From assembly GCA_963717465.1 (NCBI GenBank), contig OY970340.1, forward strand, positions 864,001-928,000: a stretch of DNA of 64,000 bases, read 5' to 3'. Under the pieces are notes generated by a model that was given only the letters and a program-made list of their open reading frames with translations, did no database searches and was not told the DNA's origin. A program made the translations under genes and the position numbers. Below are positions 41,674-52,500 of the stretch, one piece after another. The DNA is from Candidatus Bathyarchaeota archaeon (GTDB lineage: Archaea > Thermoproteota > Bathyarchaeia > Bathyarchaeales > Bathycorpusculaceae). The stretch's first letter is position 1, and each line of letters starts with the position of its first letter.

Positions 41674-42924
41674 ATGAAGATTGCGGTTTTTGTCTATGAA
41701 TATCCGCCTAAAATTGTAGGCGGGCTAGGAACTTACGCAGCTGAGATTACTCGTAAATTTGTTTTGATGGATCATGATGTTACAGTTTTTACCATGAATG
41801 ATGATGGGGGAACGCTGCCGACAAGGGAGATTTGGCGTGGAATTGAAATCCATCGTCCATTGCACATTGATATTTCTGATTCTTTGCCAGATGTAATTTC
41901 GGAAGACATTAAGAAATGGGGCAGAGGAGCGAATTTTTTTGGCAAACTCATGGTTTACAATTACCTGTCTGCTTCCAAACTGATTAACGAATTGATTAAG
42001 AAAGAAGGGATGAAATATGACATCGTTGTCGCGCATGACTGGCTTTCCGTAATGGGCGGAGTTACTGTTAAACGTGAAACAGGTTTGCCTTTAGCTTTTC
42101 ATGTTCACTCAACTGAGAAGGGCAGAACCTTAGGAAACGGATCAGGCGTAGTCAGCAACATTGAATTGCGCGGTGGGAACATGGCGGATCTTATCGTGAC
42201 GGTTTCTTACGCGATGAAAGATGAGTTGATACAACTAGGGTATCCTAAGGACAAGATTCAGGTAAGTTACAATGGCGTTGACCAAGACAAGTATAATCCA
42301 GCCAACGTTTCAAAAGCAGACATTCAACGGGTTCGAGCCAAGTATGGCATTAAGGATGATGAGTTTATGCTTCTATTTTTAGGCAGACTTGTTGGAGTGA
42401 AAGGTGTTGACAAACTGATTATGGCAATGCCCCATATACTGCAAAAGATTCCTAAAGCTAGACTTGTAATTGTAGGAGTAGGCGACATGCAGGAGTACCT
42501 GGCAAATCTAACTAATACGGTTCGATTGAATGATTACGTTAAATTCTGCTTTGATTTCATAACTGAAGAGGAACGGATCGTGCATTATGCTGCTTGCGAC
42601 GTAGCCGTTTTCCCAAGTTACTATGAGCCTTTCGGCATTGTTGCTATTGAAGCAATGAGCATGGAAAAACCCGTTGTAGTCGGAGCTGCAGGCGTTAGCG
42701 GCATGCGTGAAATCGTGATTTGCTGCGGCGAAGATCAATGTGGTTACCATGTTGACCCGAACAACCCTACAGATATAGCTTGGGGAGTGATAAGCACCCT
42801 TGAAAACCCTGAAAAAATGAAGATGCTGGGAAAGAATGGACGCAAACGGGTGCTAGCTGAGTTCACTTGGACCAGAATAGCTGAAAAAACCATTGACTTG
42901 TACGAGAAAGTAGTTAAGCGTTAG
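41674..42924 (+). CDS. GT4 glycosyltransferase (glycogen synthase-like)
   Basis: EYPP.IVGGLG, HDWL, HSTE.GR, YEPFGIVAIEAM. Confidence 0.9.
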   Translation: MKIAVFVYEYPPKIVGGLGTYAAEITRKFVLMDHDVTVFTMNDDGGTLPTREIWRGIEIHRPLHIDISDSLPDVISEDIKKWGRGANFFGKLMVYNYLSASKLINELIKKEGMKYDIVVAHDWLSVMGGVTVKRETGLPLAFHVHSTEKGRTLGNGSGVVSNIELRGGNMADLIVTVSYAMKDELIQLGYPKDKIQVSYNGVDQDKYNPANVSKADIQRVRAKYGIKDDEFMLLFLGRLVGVKGVDKLIMAMPHILQKIPKARLVIVGVGDMQEYLANLTNTVRLNDYVKFCFDFITEEERIVHYAACDVAVFPSYYEPFGIVAIEAMSMEKPVVVGAAGVSGMREIVICCGEDQCGYHVDPNNPTDIAWGVISTLENPEKMKMLGKNGRKRVLAEFTWTRIAEKTIDLYEKVVKR

Positions 42925-42941
42925 TTCTTTGCGATTGGTGA

Positions 42942-43559
42942 ATGTTGATTGCTGACTCTGACTTAAGACTTCGTGTGGCTAGGGAAGCAGCCACCCTTCT
43001 ATATTTTGGAGCCCAGAAAGAATTCAAACAAGCTAAATTGAAGGCTGCAGAAACTTTTGGCGTTCACTTTTTGCCTTCAAACCTTGAAGTTGCCTTAGAA
43101 CTTGACAAAATTGCTCAAGAAAATGAGGGCGCCAAACGATCAGAACGCTTGATCCAAATGCGCAAAGAAGCTTTGAAAATAATGAAACTTTTAGAAGCAT
43201 TCCATCCCCTATTGATTGGAAGTGTTTGGCGAGGCACTATTCGTAATGGAAGCGACATTGACATCGCAGTTTACTCAGACTCCTCAGATAATGTTGCCAA
43301 GCTGCTTAAAGAAAAAGGTGTAAAAATCTCTAAAACCAATCTGACAACCGTTAACAAGCATGGAGTAACCTTGGAGTCATTTCACATTTACGCGGAAACA
43401 TCGGCTAAGTACTCGATTGAAATTGTTGTCAGAAGTTTGGAAGAAAAGGGCAAAAAGAGGAAATGCGAAGTTTTCGGTGATCAACTTAGAGGCTTAAGCA
43501 TTTCTGAACTCGAAAAATGCCTTGAAAAAAACCCGTTGCAACGATTTATTCCAGATTAA
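42942..43559 (+). CDS. nucleotidyltransferase-domain protein
   Basis: LIGSVWRG..SDIDI. Confidence 0.85.
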   Translation: MLIADSDLRLRVAREAATLLYFGAQKEFKQAKLKAAETFGVHFLPSNLEVALELDKIAQENEGAKRSERLIQMRKEALKIMKLLEAFHPLLIGSVWRGTIRNGSDIDIAVYSDSSDNVAKLLKEKGVKISKTNLTTVNKHGVTLESFHIYAETSAKYSIEIVVRSLEEKGKKRKCEVFGDQLRGLSISELEKCLEKNPLQRFIPD

Positions 43560-43646
43560 CACTTCAAATTCCCGTGTGAAATTTCATTTTCTATGCAAAG
43601 AAAATAAATATCAAAATTATCATTAATTATTGTAAATTGATGTGTA

Positions 43647-44036
43647 ATGGCAATCGACAAAAAGACACTGAAGAAGTTGTTTCCAAACCTTTACAGGGAA
43701 ATCGAAGAGCTAGACGAATGCAAAGTGCCAATAAACTCGGTTCGCGCAGACCCTAAAGCAGCGGAAGAAGAAGTTGAGCAAGAGAAAGAAGAAATACCGT
43801 CGCCCACGTTGCCACCTGATAAGTTTCGCCATTTTAACCCTTCAGCCACCGATTTTATCCGACGCTGCGAAACAGAAGCCCAAGCTGAAGAAATAATAGA
43901 TTACCTTCAAAAAAGAGGCGAATTAACACCTCAAGACGCAAAGGAAATGAAGAATCAGCTTAAACGTGACGGCTTAAGAAGTTTCGGCCCCAAAAAAGAA
44001 GATTATTACTACTTCAAAGAAGCTGGAACATACTAA
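43647..44036 (+). CDS. DUF2095-like protein
   Basis: FPNL..E, P..DFIRRC.T, GLRSFG. Confidence 0.8.
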   Translation: MAIDKKTLKKLFPNLYREIEELDECKVPINSVRADPKAAEEEVEQEKEEIPSPTLPPDKFRHFNPSATDFIRRCETEAQAEEIIDYLQKRGELTPQDAKEMKNQLKRDGLRSFGPKKEDYYYFKEAGTY

Positions 44037-44072
44037 AATCAACCATCGATTTTGCCTAACTTGAGATGGTGA

Positions 44073-44592
44073 TTATAGATTTTTTCGGTCACTTGGCTTC
44101 CAAGTTATCTTGTGAAATAAGCATCCAACAGCTTTAGCTGAGGCAGCATCGTTTTCTGAGTCTCCAACGAAGAGGATATTTTGGGTTGGAACCTTGAGTT
44201 TTGCTATCGCCATCTTCAATTGTTCAAGTCTGCTAAGTGAAACTTCTCTGGTTATGATCGCAGCGAAGGAGAAATGGTATTTTTCAATTATGCATTTTAC
44301 GACTTTTTCGCCTTGAAGTGTGACTAGGATTTTGGGTTTGCTGGCGAAATCCTTGTAGAGGCCTGTTCCTTCTTCGTTAATTGTGATGTTTGGTATGGAG
44401 GTGACTTCTAGCTTTGTCCCATGCTTCGAAAACCTGTTTTTTGGTGGATTCATCAGCTTTAGAGACAGCTTCTGCTATTGGGTGAACTTTTTCGATATGC
44501 ATTATTGATTTCATTTGGCTCATTAATGAATCATAGTCGATTTGTAAATTCACGAGTGTTCCGTCAAGGTCAAAGATTAGAGCTTCAATCAT
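44073..44592 (-). CDS. HAD-family hydrolase, one frameshift ~44410
   Basis: FDLDGTL and VGDS.ND in consecutive ORFs. Confidence 0.85.
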
Positions 44593-45669
44593 TAAGCGTA
44601 CATTGCTCCGATGACCTTGTTGTCCTTCACTAACCGTGCGGGTGCATCCATGTGTCTTATCCAGTAAACATCAGAGGGTAAAACGTCGTACTTGTCAAGT
44701 TTTGGAATGCCTTCTTTGAATGCGAGTTTCGTGTACAAGTATGGAATGTTACTGCGGAAATCATTGAACAGTACTTTGCTTGCGTAAGAAAAGAAGAACG
44801 ATGTGGTAAACATTCTTCCAGGGTTGATCTCTGTCACGCATGGAACGCCTTTTGCGTTTTCTTTCAGGTCAACTGATGCTATTCCGTTAAATCCTGAATC
44901 AATCGCCAGGACCGCTTCGGTTGCAATTTTGTTCACGTTAGCATCGTGCACGGTTCTTTGGACTGCTGGTGTACCCGTGATTCCTGATGGCGCAAGATAG
45001 GAATAGATGTATTCAATTCGTTCCCTCGCGTTCGAAACTACCAGTTCCCCGTTCTTCCATAGGCTGTGAAAAGCGATGTTTCTTCCAGGCAAATGCTCCT
45101 GCGCGATAAACTCCCAATCAACATCACGCGAACGCCAATACTTAATCCATGACCAAGCCGTTTCAGGATTGTTTGCTGGTGTGCTTCCTTTTCCGCCTGC
45201 GCCATGTCTCGCCCTAATCCAAATTGGGCTTCCAAACTGCTCAAATGCTTTCGTAACATCCTGTTCTTTCTTAATCGCGATTATTCTTGCAACTGGAACA
45301 TTCTTTTTTTGCCAAATCACTGCTGACTCCAACTTGTCTTGGCAAGCCTTCACTGACTCTTTTAGAGGGAAGAAAAACAGTGGCCTCAAGTTTCTCCCGC
45401 TTTTCCGAAACAGCTTCCACTTCAATGTCAGGCTGTGCATGCAAAAACTCAATCCTTTGCTGACGGATAATCTCGTTCAACTTATCAATGTAACCTGCTT
45501 GGCTCGCCCGAGGCACTAAAAATTTCTCGTCAGTTGAAGCCAAATGAATAAAATGCTCGTTAGCTTCCGTGCCAACAAGAAGCATCTTTTCCGGCGCAAC
45601 ACGAAGAGACATAACAAAATTAATTCCAGCTGGACCACCAGCACCCGTACATAGAATTCTCTTCACCAA
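44592..45669 (-). CDS. ATP-grasp (CarB-like) protein, one frameshift ~45360
   Basis: TGAGGPAG, QEHLPG, TEINPGR. Confidence 0.8.
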
Positions 45670-45813
45670 AACACCTCAAATCCAAACTTAAGCAAACGCA
45701 TTCAACCTCAACCAAACAATAGCTTTCCATAAAGGATAAACCGAGTTATATTTATTCTCAATCAGCAAACTTAAAAACCACAAAACCACTAATCAAAGAA
45801 GAAAACCAGCAAC

Positions 45814-45888
45814 GGGCCGGTCGTCTAGCTTGGTTAGGACGTTGGCTTTACGAGCCAAAGGTCGCCGGTTCAAGTCCGGCTCGGCCCA
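45814..45888 (+). tRNA. tRNA-Val(TAC), integration site (attL)
   Basis: full cloverleaf; TTGGC-TTTACGA-GCCAA. Confidence 0.95.
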
Positions 45889-46786
45889 CTTTTACACAGA
45901 CCCGAGACATTTCGGGAAATATTGTAAAAACAATCTGGGAACTAAAAAAACAAGGCTATGCCCATTACACGCTTAAAGCATATGATTCCAGACTTAGAGG
46001 ACTAGCTAAATTTGTTAATTTAAACAAACCAGAAGAAATTAGAGAATATGTAGCAAATAAAGAAAATTGGAGCAATGCATTCAAAGAAGGCGTCATAAAA
46101 GCTTACAACCATTATGTAAACATTAATGGTCTATCGTGGGATAGACCAAAGTACAAGTGCACAAAAAACCTTCCGCATATCGCTACTACTGAGCAACTAA
46201 ATAAAATTATAGCTAATTGCAAGAGAAAATACGCCCTTATTTTGAGTATCCTAAGAGATACTGGCCTAAGACCTGTTGAACTTTATAGACTTAGACTGAA
46301 CAATGTAGATTTGGAAAAAGGCCAAATAACAACTTTTTCGGCGAAAAACGGAAATCCATGGCTCTTAAAATTAAAAATGGAAACTCTGGCAATGTTTAAG
46401 GAATATGTTATCCGGAACGATTTTGGCATGAAAGATTGCATGTTTCCAGTGCCTGAGGCAATGAGAAAGGCTTATTGCAGAACAAGATTGCATTTATCTA
46501 AAAAACTGCATGAGCCAGATTTGATGAAAATCCTCCTTTATGATTTTAGACATTATTACGCAACTATGCTTTACCAGCGAACTAAAGATATTTTATATGT
46601 CAATAGCAGCTAGGCCATAAACGATTAGAAACAACTCTTACCTACACGCATTTAATTAATTTTTCCGAGGAGGAATTTATTGCTAGAGTTGCTAAAAATA
46701 TAGAGGAGTCTTGCCAGCTAATAGAAGCAGGATTTGACTACGTAACTGAAGTTGACGGCGTAAAGATATTTAGAAAAAGGAAATGA
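45840..46786 (+). CDS. tyrosine integrase Int(C) fragment; no start codon; frameshift ~46603
   Basis: TGLRP.E, AKNG, YDFRH, then LGHK..TYTH in next frame; frame open back through the tRNA. Confidence 0.85.
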
Positions 46787-46822
46787 GCAAACTATCCTGT
46801 CCTATTTTTAATTTTTTGCTAT

Positions 46823-47137
46823 TTAGAGCGAATCTATTTTCCTCTTGCATTCTTCTTCGCACTTTTCTTGTTTATCGCATGTTTTGCACTTGTCATAAAC
46901 GTTAAAATGTCCGAAACATTGTTCTTCAGCCATTAATTTTTCCTTCAAGAACCATAGTTCACCTTTGGTATAATGCGAAAGCTCGGATTGAACAAGTCCT
47001 AAAACGAATGCAGCGTCTGACACGTTAACTTTGCTTGCAAAAATTGTTTTCCATATTTGCTTTCTTAAATCGTCTGTTCTTTTATTTGAATCAATGACTA
47101 TTTGTTGAAAGATTTCGTCTGTTTTACGCGTTTTCAT
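46823..47137 (-). CDS. hypothetical protein with Cys-rich C-terminus
   Basis: CFG..CKTC..C..C. Confidence 0.65.
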   Translation of the reverse strand: MKTRKTDEIFQQIVIDSNKRTDDLRKQIWKTIFASKVNVSDAAFVLGLVQSELSHYTKGELWFLKEKLMAEEQCFGHFNVYDKCKTCDKQEKCEEECKRKIDSL

Positions 47138-47397
47138 CTTTTTTTTTTATCTCCCTCCTTTGTGTCTAATAATCCCTTAGGCGTTTGTCCTTTCATGGTT
47201 TTGCCGCACATTTTGCATATTTCGCTGCTGTTTTTTGATGACCAAATAACTCCACAATGTTCAAATTTGAAATAGAAATACTCCCTGTATTTTCCGCAAT
47301 CTTCGCAGGTTCCAATTTCATCATACCATTGACAATCGCTGTCTTTACAAATTCCTTTTGCTGTCATGTATTCTCTTGTGGGCTTCGGCTGTTTCAT
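47134..47397 (-). CDS. small Zn-finger-like protein
   Basis: multiple CxxC motifs. Confidence 0.6.
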   Translation of the reverse strand: MKQPKPTREYMTAKGICKDSDCQWYDEIGTCEDCGKYREYFYFKFEHCGVIWSSKNSSEICKMCGKTMKGQTPKGLLDTKEGDKKKR

Positions 47398-47659
47398 TAG
47401 TTTGCTGATATTTTTGGCTAAATTCTTTTTTTATCGAGCTTTCGACACTATTCCCATTTTGAATTTCGTTGAGATCTTTGTCGATTAGTTTTTCCATTGC
47501 CTCTCTGCTGCTATTATAGTAATGTTTAGTGGCATTAGTTAATTTTTTAGCCCGTTCTTCTGAAATAAGCCCTTTTGACTGTTTTTCTTCAATTTTTTAA
47601 TCTCTATGATTAACTATCGGAAAACCGTTTAGTACGAGAGATTATCCCTTATTATTATC

Positions 47660-47878
47660 TCTATTATATTATATTATATATGTATAATCGCGAAATTTTA
47701 TTACTTGTAGCATGTAGCCATGTAGCACATTGTGCTACAGAAACTTGTTTTAGAATTATTGTATGTAGCCTTGTAGCACACTGTAGCACAGAAACTTGTT
47801 TTTTTATTTTCTGTAGCACAGTAGCACAATTTCTTGGATACTAAACATATTTTTAAAAAATGTAGCGCAGTAGCACAA
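47660..47878. repeat. iteron-like (T)GTAGC(AC) array with adjacent AT-rich tract; putative replication origin
   Basis: 10 forward + 1 inverted GTAGC; palindrome 47721-47739; 40-bp duplication 47712/47763. Confidence 0.7.
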
Positions 47879-48064
47879 AAGAGCGAAGCTTGACGTAAAA
47901 AAGTTGAAGGATAAGAAAAGATGTCGCACGCGTGCTAGATAACAATTACTATACTCATCTACAGAGGAGCAGAAATATTTTGACCAGTTTTTTTATTAAC
48001 TTAGGGGCAACTTTAAAGTGTAAACCAAAAAACAGATATCTCGGAACATAAGACTAATTAATCA

Positions 48065-49111
48065 ATGTGCTCTCTCGCTGAGAACCCTAAATTTCCTTCG
48101 ACCCGTTTCCTTGGTAGCAAAGTAAAAATCATTGATTGGTTATGGGGCCACGTTTCAGACAGGAGATTTTCGACTGTGCTTGACGCCTTCGGGGGAACAG
48201 GTTGCTTCAGTTTTACGTCAAAGAAATACGGCAAGAGAACCTACTTTAACGACGCTTTATCTTTTAACCACGTCATAGGAACAGCCATAATTCAAAATTC
48301 AATTACAACAGTCTCTGAGAAAGAAACAGCAAAAGTGATGGTCGCCCACAAATCAGTTGAATACAAGAAATTTATAGAACAAACTTTTGCAGGAATATAT
48401 TTTACTGATGAAGAGAACAAGTGGCTTGATTTAGTTGTACAAAATATTAGCTTAGTTGAGAATAAGTACAAACAAGCTATTCTTTTTTCAGCTCTCGGTC
48501 AATCCTGCCTAATTAAAAGACCATACAATCTCTTTCACAGAAAAAATCTTTACATGCGCATGAAGAAAGTTGAGCGAACCTTCAACAATAAAAAATGCTG
48601 GGATACTCCCTTCCAGCAATATTTCTTTCGCTTTGTCAAGGAATACAACGAAGCAGTTTTTTGCAATGGCAATCAAAACCTATCCACTTGTTCGGATGTT
48701 TTTAGTTTAAATGACAATTTTGATCTTGTATACCTTGACCCTCCGTACATGTCAGGCAAAATTAGCGACGATTACCTCTCACTATATCATTTTCTCGACG
48801 GTATTACTGATTATAATTCATGGCATGAAAGGATCGATTACTCAACAAAAAACAGAAAATTAAAGTCAAACAATCAAGTTAAGCAATGGGGAAGAAAGAG
48901 TACTATAGATTCGTTGTTAGACAAGCTGATCGAGAAATTTTCCGCAAGCATAATTGTTATGTCATACCGCAATGACGGCTACCCAACTTCCGAGAGAATC
49001 ATTGAATTATTTAAGAAACATAAGGGAAAAGCTCCAGACATATATTCACTGCCTTATCAATATGCCCTAAGCAAAAAGCCTGTATCAGAACTTCTATTTA
49101 TCGCAGAGTAA
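48065..49111 (+). CDS. DNA adenine methyltransferase (D12/Dam-like alpha class)
   Basis: RFLGSK, DAFGGTG, YLDPPY, ELLF. Confidence 0.9.
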   Translation: MCSLAENPKFPSTRFLGSKVKIIDWLWGHVSDRRFSTVLDAFGGTGCFSFTSKKYGKRTYFNDALSFNHVIGTAIIQNSITTVSEKETAKVMVAHKSVEYKKFIEQTFAGIYFTDEENKWLDLVVQNISLVENKYKQAILFSALGQSCLIKRPYNLFHRKNLYMRMKKVERTFNNKKCWDTPFQQYFFRFVKEYNEAVFCNGNQNLSTCSDVFSLNDNFDLVYLDPPYMSGKISDDYLSLYHFLDGITDYNSWHERIDYSTKNRKLKSNNQVKQWGRKSTIDSLLDKLIEKFSASIIVMSYRNDGYPTSERIIELFKKHKGKAPDIYSLPYQYALSKKPVSELLFIAE

Positions 49112-49114
49112 ATT

Positions 49115-49885
49115 TTAGGTAATTGTTAGCACTTTTTTTACTTTATCTCTGTAGTAAGTAAGCATCCCCTTTTCAAGTACTTTAGATCTATGCCCCACAT
49201 GCATATTCTTTAACTCGGCTGGAAATGCCAATGCTAATAGTACATTAATGTAAGTCTGCGTTTGTTTATAAGAAGTAAGCCATTCATTGAATCTTCCAAT
49301 ATCATATCGAGGCGAAAACATAGTTGGCTTTGTCTGAAAGCGTCGAGGGCTTGTGTGAATAAAGCCAGAAAGAGCGCCATAAAAAGTTTTAAGGCATTGG
49401 CCATCATCGCCAAACAAAGCCTTCTTGTCAGGGCTGCATTCTTTCTCAAAAGCTTGAAAAATTCTAGCGAAATACTCGTACTTCCGACCGTAGACGTCAG
49501 TAAAACTGTACTGCGTATGCCAATTTATTTCTTTTTTCCACCATTCATATTCTACCGGATGATTAACAAAATAAACCAATCGCAAGGTCGTCTCAATACT
49601 TGACCGTAATGATGTGTTAGCATACTTGTAGAGTCCCATCATAGCAAAGCTAATTGAGACGTAGCCATCCATCCATATTTCTGGCAAAAGGTTTGTTGCT
49701 ACACTTGTTTGCCGCAGTTCATTGTTCCAAATTTCAAGACTGCCCAGCATTTCAAGCGATTCTTCAATCTCTGAATCATGCTCGCATAAAGTTTTTTTTA
49801 TATTCCTTCTTTTGAAAGCACTTAGGCTTTCATACATTCCGCGTGTTTCAGGTTTTAGTTTACTAAGAGCGAATCGTGCCATCAT
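49115..49885 (-). CDS. helical protein, possible HEPN-like/DUF5677-like
   Basis: LRSSIE and FYGALSGFIH motifs. Confidence 0.55.
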   Translation of the reverse strand: MMARFALSKLKPETRGMYESLSAFKRRNIKKTLCEHDSEIEESLEMLGSLEIWNNELRQTSVATNLLPEIWMDGYVSISFAMMGLYKYANTSLRSSIETTLRLVYFVNHPVEYEWWKKEINWHTQYSFTDVYGRKYEYFARIFQAFEKECSPDKKALFGDDGQCLKTFYGALSGFIHTSPRRFQTKPTMFSPRYDIGRFNEWLTSYKQTQTYINVLLALAFPAELKNMHVGHRSKVLEKGMLTYYRDKVKKVLTIT

Positions 49886-50619
49886 ACCACCTTCATAATG
49901 CCACCGAGAGATAACATTAGATTGTCATCAATTGCTTGGTGCTGTATTTGTTGCGAGGTAAGAATATACCCATGTTTACGTGACACTTGTCTGATTATGT
50001 TTTCTATTAGAGCTATCTTTTCATCATTGGCAACTGATGTTTCTGGTAGCGAAGTTATATCTAACCCTGTCCATCCTTGCGACAATATACCATCTGAAGT
50101 TTGTTTGAAGTTGTTCCGTTCAATATCTTTTCCGTTAAGAAGTGTAGTATAAATTAAGCCAAAAGCTCGCTTATCAGTAGTGGAGTTCTTTTGCTTAACG
50201 AAACAATGCTCTATTGCAATCAGTTCTTTTTCCACCCGGCCACAATATGAGTCACAATCTTGAGATGTAAAATCAATGTTAATTAGGTCCAAGGGGAATA
50301 TTGCGTGAAGATTTCCATCGCTCTGAACTGAGTCCTCGTATCTTGTGCCACCGATTACTTGAAGCTTGTGAGGAAGTACCGTTTCGAGTCTTAATATCCG
50401 CGTAAATGAATTTGACCATGCAACTATTTTTTCATAAGTTGAGAGTTTAGAATTTACGAATCTTGATATCTCATTATAATTTAACGAGCTTGTAAGAGTT
50501 AGGATTTTCATTCCTTTATTTTTTCTCAGGCGTGGGTACAATAGTTCACCTGAGGCCGTTGCTATAGGCAACCACATATTTTCCAAGAAAGTGCTTTTTG
50601 TTTCTTGAACGGTAACCAT
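49882..50619 (-). CDS. hypothetical protein, possible degenerate Rossmann methyltransferase fold
   Basis: MKILTLTS, PLDLINIDF; 4-bp overlap with downstream gene. Confidence 0.55.
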   Translation of the reverse strand: MVTVQETKSTFLENMWLPIATASGELLYPRLRKNKGMKILTLTSSLNYNEISRFVNSKLSTYEKIVAWSNSFTRILRLETVLPHKLQVIGGTRYEDSVQSDGNLHAIFPLDLINIDFTSQDCDSYCGRVEKELIAIEHCFVKQKNSTTDKRAFGLIYTTLLNGKDIERNNFKQTSDGILSQGWTGLDITSLPETSVANDEKIALIENIIRQVSRKHGYILTSQQIQHQAIDDNLMLSLGGIMKVV

Positions 50620-50630
50620 TCAGGTCATTC

Positions 50631-52316
50631 TCACTCAACGAAAACTTCGGTTAACAATTTCTCGAGTTTGCCGAGCAAAACGTTCCCGTTAGGTTCACTT
50701 TTCAGGACCAACGCAAGTCCAAGCGCAAGTTGCTTGACAGCCCTGTTGCTTAATGCACTCTTAAACAAAGGATGGTTCTGGTTGTATTGCACTATATGGC
50801 CGTCTTCTGATAATCTGCAAATACTGGGTGGTTTATTACAATTCCATTCAGAATATTCTACATTAAAAGTTTGACCAAGTACATTTATGGTTTCGAAAAA
50901 TGCAGGATGATCTTGATAAATTACAACATCCTTCTTATTATCAGCAACTTCTATTGGGGGTTTATCTTGAGCGACTGTACCGCTGACTATCCTCACATTC
51001 ATGCCTTTATCGCTTGAAAGTAAGTCCATAAGCCGCGAAGCCGGTGATTTTGGATTTACGCGTCGACGCTTGCTTTTTGAAATAGAGCTTTGGGAAATTC
51101 GCAGCCTCTCTTTTGGGAATTGAATTATGTCGGCGTTTTGAAGTTCTTGAACAACACGCTCGCTTCCCAAAGTCTCTGAGAGGCCTTCATATAAGTCCTT
51201 ATCTTGCGCAGACTTACTCTCAAGGAAATCATTCCATTTTATGAGTTGCCTCCTAAAGAAGGAATCAAAATTGGACACGTCGTTAGTATAGGAAAAACTA
51301 TCTCTGTCAATCATAAGGTAATTCGCAAGTCCTTCAACTATGTGAACTTCGCCGCAAAGGTAATTCAACTTTCCCGCAACTTTTCCTGTTAGCTCACCAA
51401 CATCAAAATCTTTTGGCATTCCTATGCCAACGTTTCGCAGTCTGATCTGCAAGCCCTTCATCTCAATTGGACGAACTGGAGAAAATGGCGTCATAATTAC
51501 ATATTTTACTTTAATATCTCCGAATCCAGTCTCTCCTTTGTCCAAGATCCTTGCGCCAGAGGGAACATTTCGGAATAGCTCTTCCCCATCCAACCAAACT
51601 CTTAAGGGCACCCTACCTGAAACTGCAAAGAAATCACTCAACTCATGTTGATCTTGAGGATATTCGAGAGGACAATACTGTTGCAATGTCCATTTGAATT
51701 TTTCAAAACCGCTAAGCTTTTCTATTGAAACCGAAAGGCTCCGTTCTTCTTTGCGTAGGTCATTAATAACGTGAGGTTTTAATTGGTCAAGTATAATTAT
51801 CGTTTCGCCCTGTTCATAGGGAAGGTCACTTATCGTTGTAGTGTAAGGAAATTTTGCCTCTTCCATTTCCTTTTCCAAGATAAAAGTTTCCCCTTTAAAA
51901 AATCGACCTGCGTGGATATTTAACTCAACTGTTCTATCACTCTTCCGTTTCTTGGTTATAACAGTTAACTTTTCACAGTACGGAAAAACCGAGATTGATC
52001 CAATTCCAAAAGTGCCGACTCTTTTACGACCTAACTCATCAATATTTTCATCAAGTGGTGTAGGAAAACCAACTGCCATAAACTTTTCTTGAAGTTCCTC
52101 TATACCCATGCCTATTCCGTTATCTCTAACAATAAGTCGATTGTTTAGCAGGTCAAGCCTCATTTTCACTTCAGTGGCTTTGGCGTCATAGGCGTTAGAA
52201 ACAAGTTCTTTTACTGCCCGTCCAAAATTTCGGTATAATCCAGCGCTAAAATAACTAATAATCTCTCTATGGACACGCATCGTTATTGTCCCATGACCGA
52301 CAATGTTCTTGGACAT
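50631..52316 (-). CDS. GHKL (Hsp90/MutL/MORC-like) ATPase
   Basis: KELVSNAYDA, DNGIGM, GTFGIG, GETIIIL; S5-like GEVHI..DRDSF. Confidence 0.88.
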   Translation of the reverse strand: MSKNIVGHGTITMRVHREIISYFSAGLYRNFGRAVKELVSNAYDAKATEVKMRLDLLNNRLIVRDNGIGMGIEELQEKFMAVGFPTPLDENIDELGRKRVGTFGIGSISVFPYCEKLTVITKKRKSDRTVELNIHAGRFFKGETFILEKEMEEAKFPYTTTISDLPYEQGETIIILDQLKPHVINDLRKEERSLSVSIEKLSGFEKFKWTLQQYCPLEYPQDQHELSDFFAVSGRVPLRVWLDGEELFRNVPSGARILDKGETGFGDIKVKYVIMTPFSPVRPIEMKGLQIRLRNVGIGMPKDFDVGELTGKVAGKLNYLCGEVHIVEGLANYLMIDRDSFSYTNDVSNFDSFFRRQLIKWNDFLESKSAQDKDLYEGLSETLGSERVVQELQNADIIQFPKERLRISQSSISKSKRRRVNPKSPASRLMDLLSSDKGMNVRIVSGTVAQDKPPIEVADNKKDVVIYQDHPAFFETINVLGQTFNVEYSEWNCNKPPSICRLSEDGHIVQYNQNHPLFKSALSNRAVKQLALGLALVLKSEPNGNVLLGKLEKLLTEVFVE

Positions 52317-52500
52317 CCAATCGCTCTCTTTTTTTGATTTAATTCACAATAGTTTTTCATAGTTATAAAACCTGTTATAAAACAAGCGGCAACACTTCAA
52401 ATTGGGAATTCGATTAATACTTATGAAACAATTAAGTTATCAAGCTATAAGAAATCAGGTTTCGAGTTTATTCTGACGCACATTAGAGTGTGCGATCTTT

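Noticed and set aside
6743..45669. Programmed frameshifting or mass pseudogenisation (LutA-like, sudA twice, UDP-sugar dehydrogenase, GT2, deacetylase-GNAT, HAD, ATP-grasp)
   Set aside because: Single indels scattered in otherwise intact unrelated genes with no shared slippery motif; best explained by assembly errors. This also weakens inactivity calls for the integrase and transposase.
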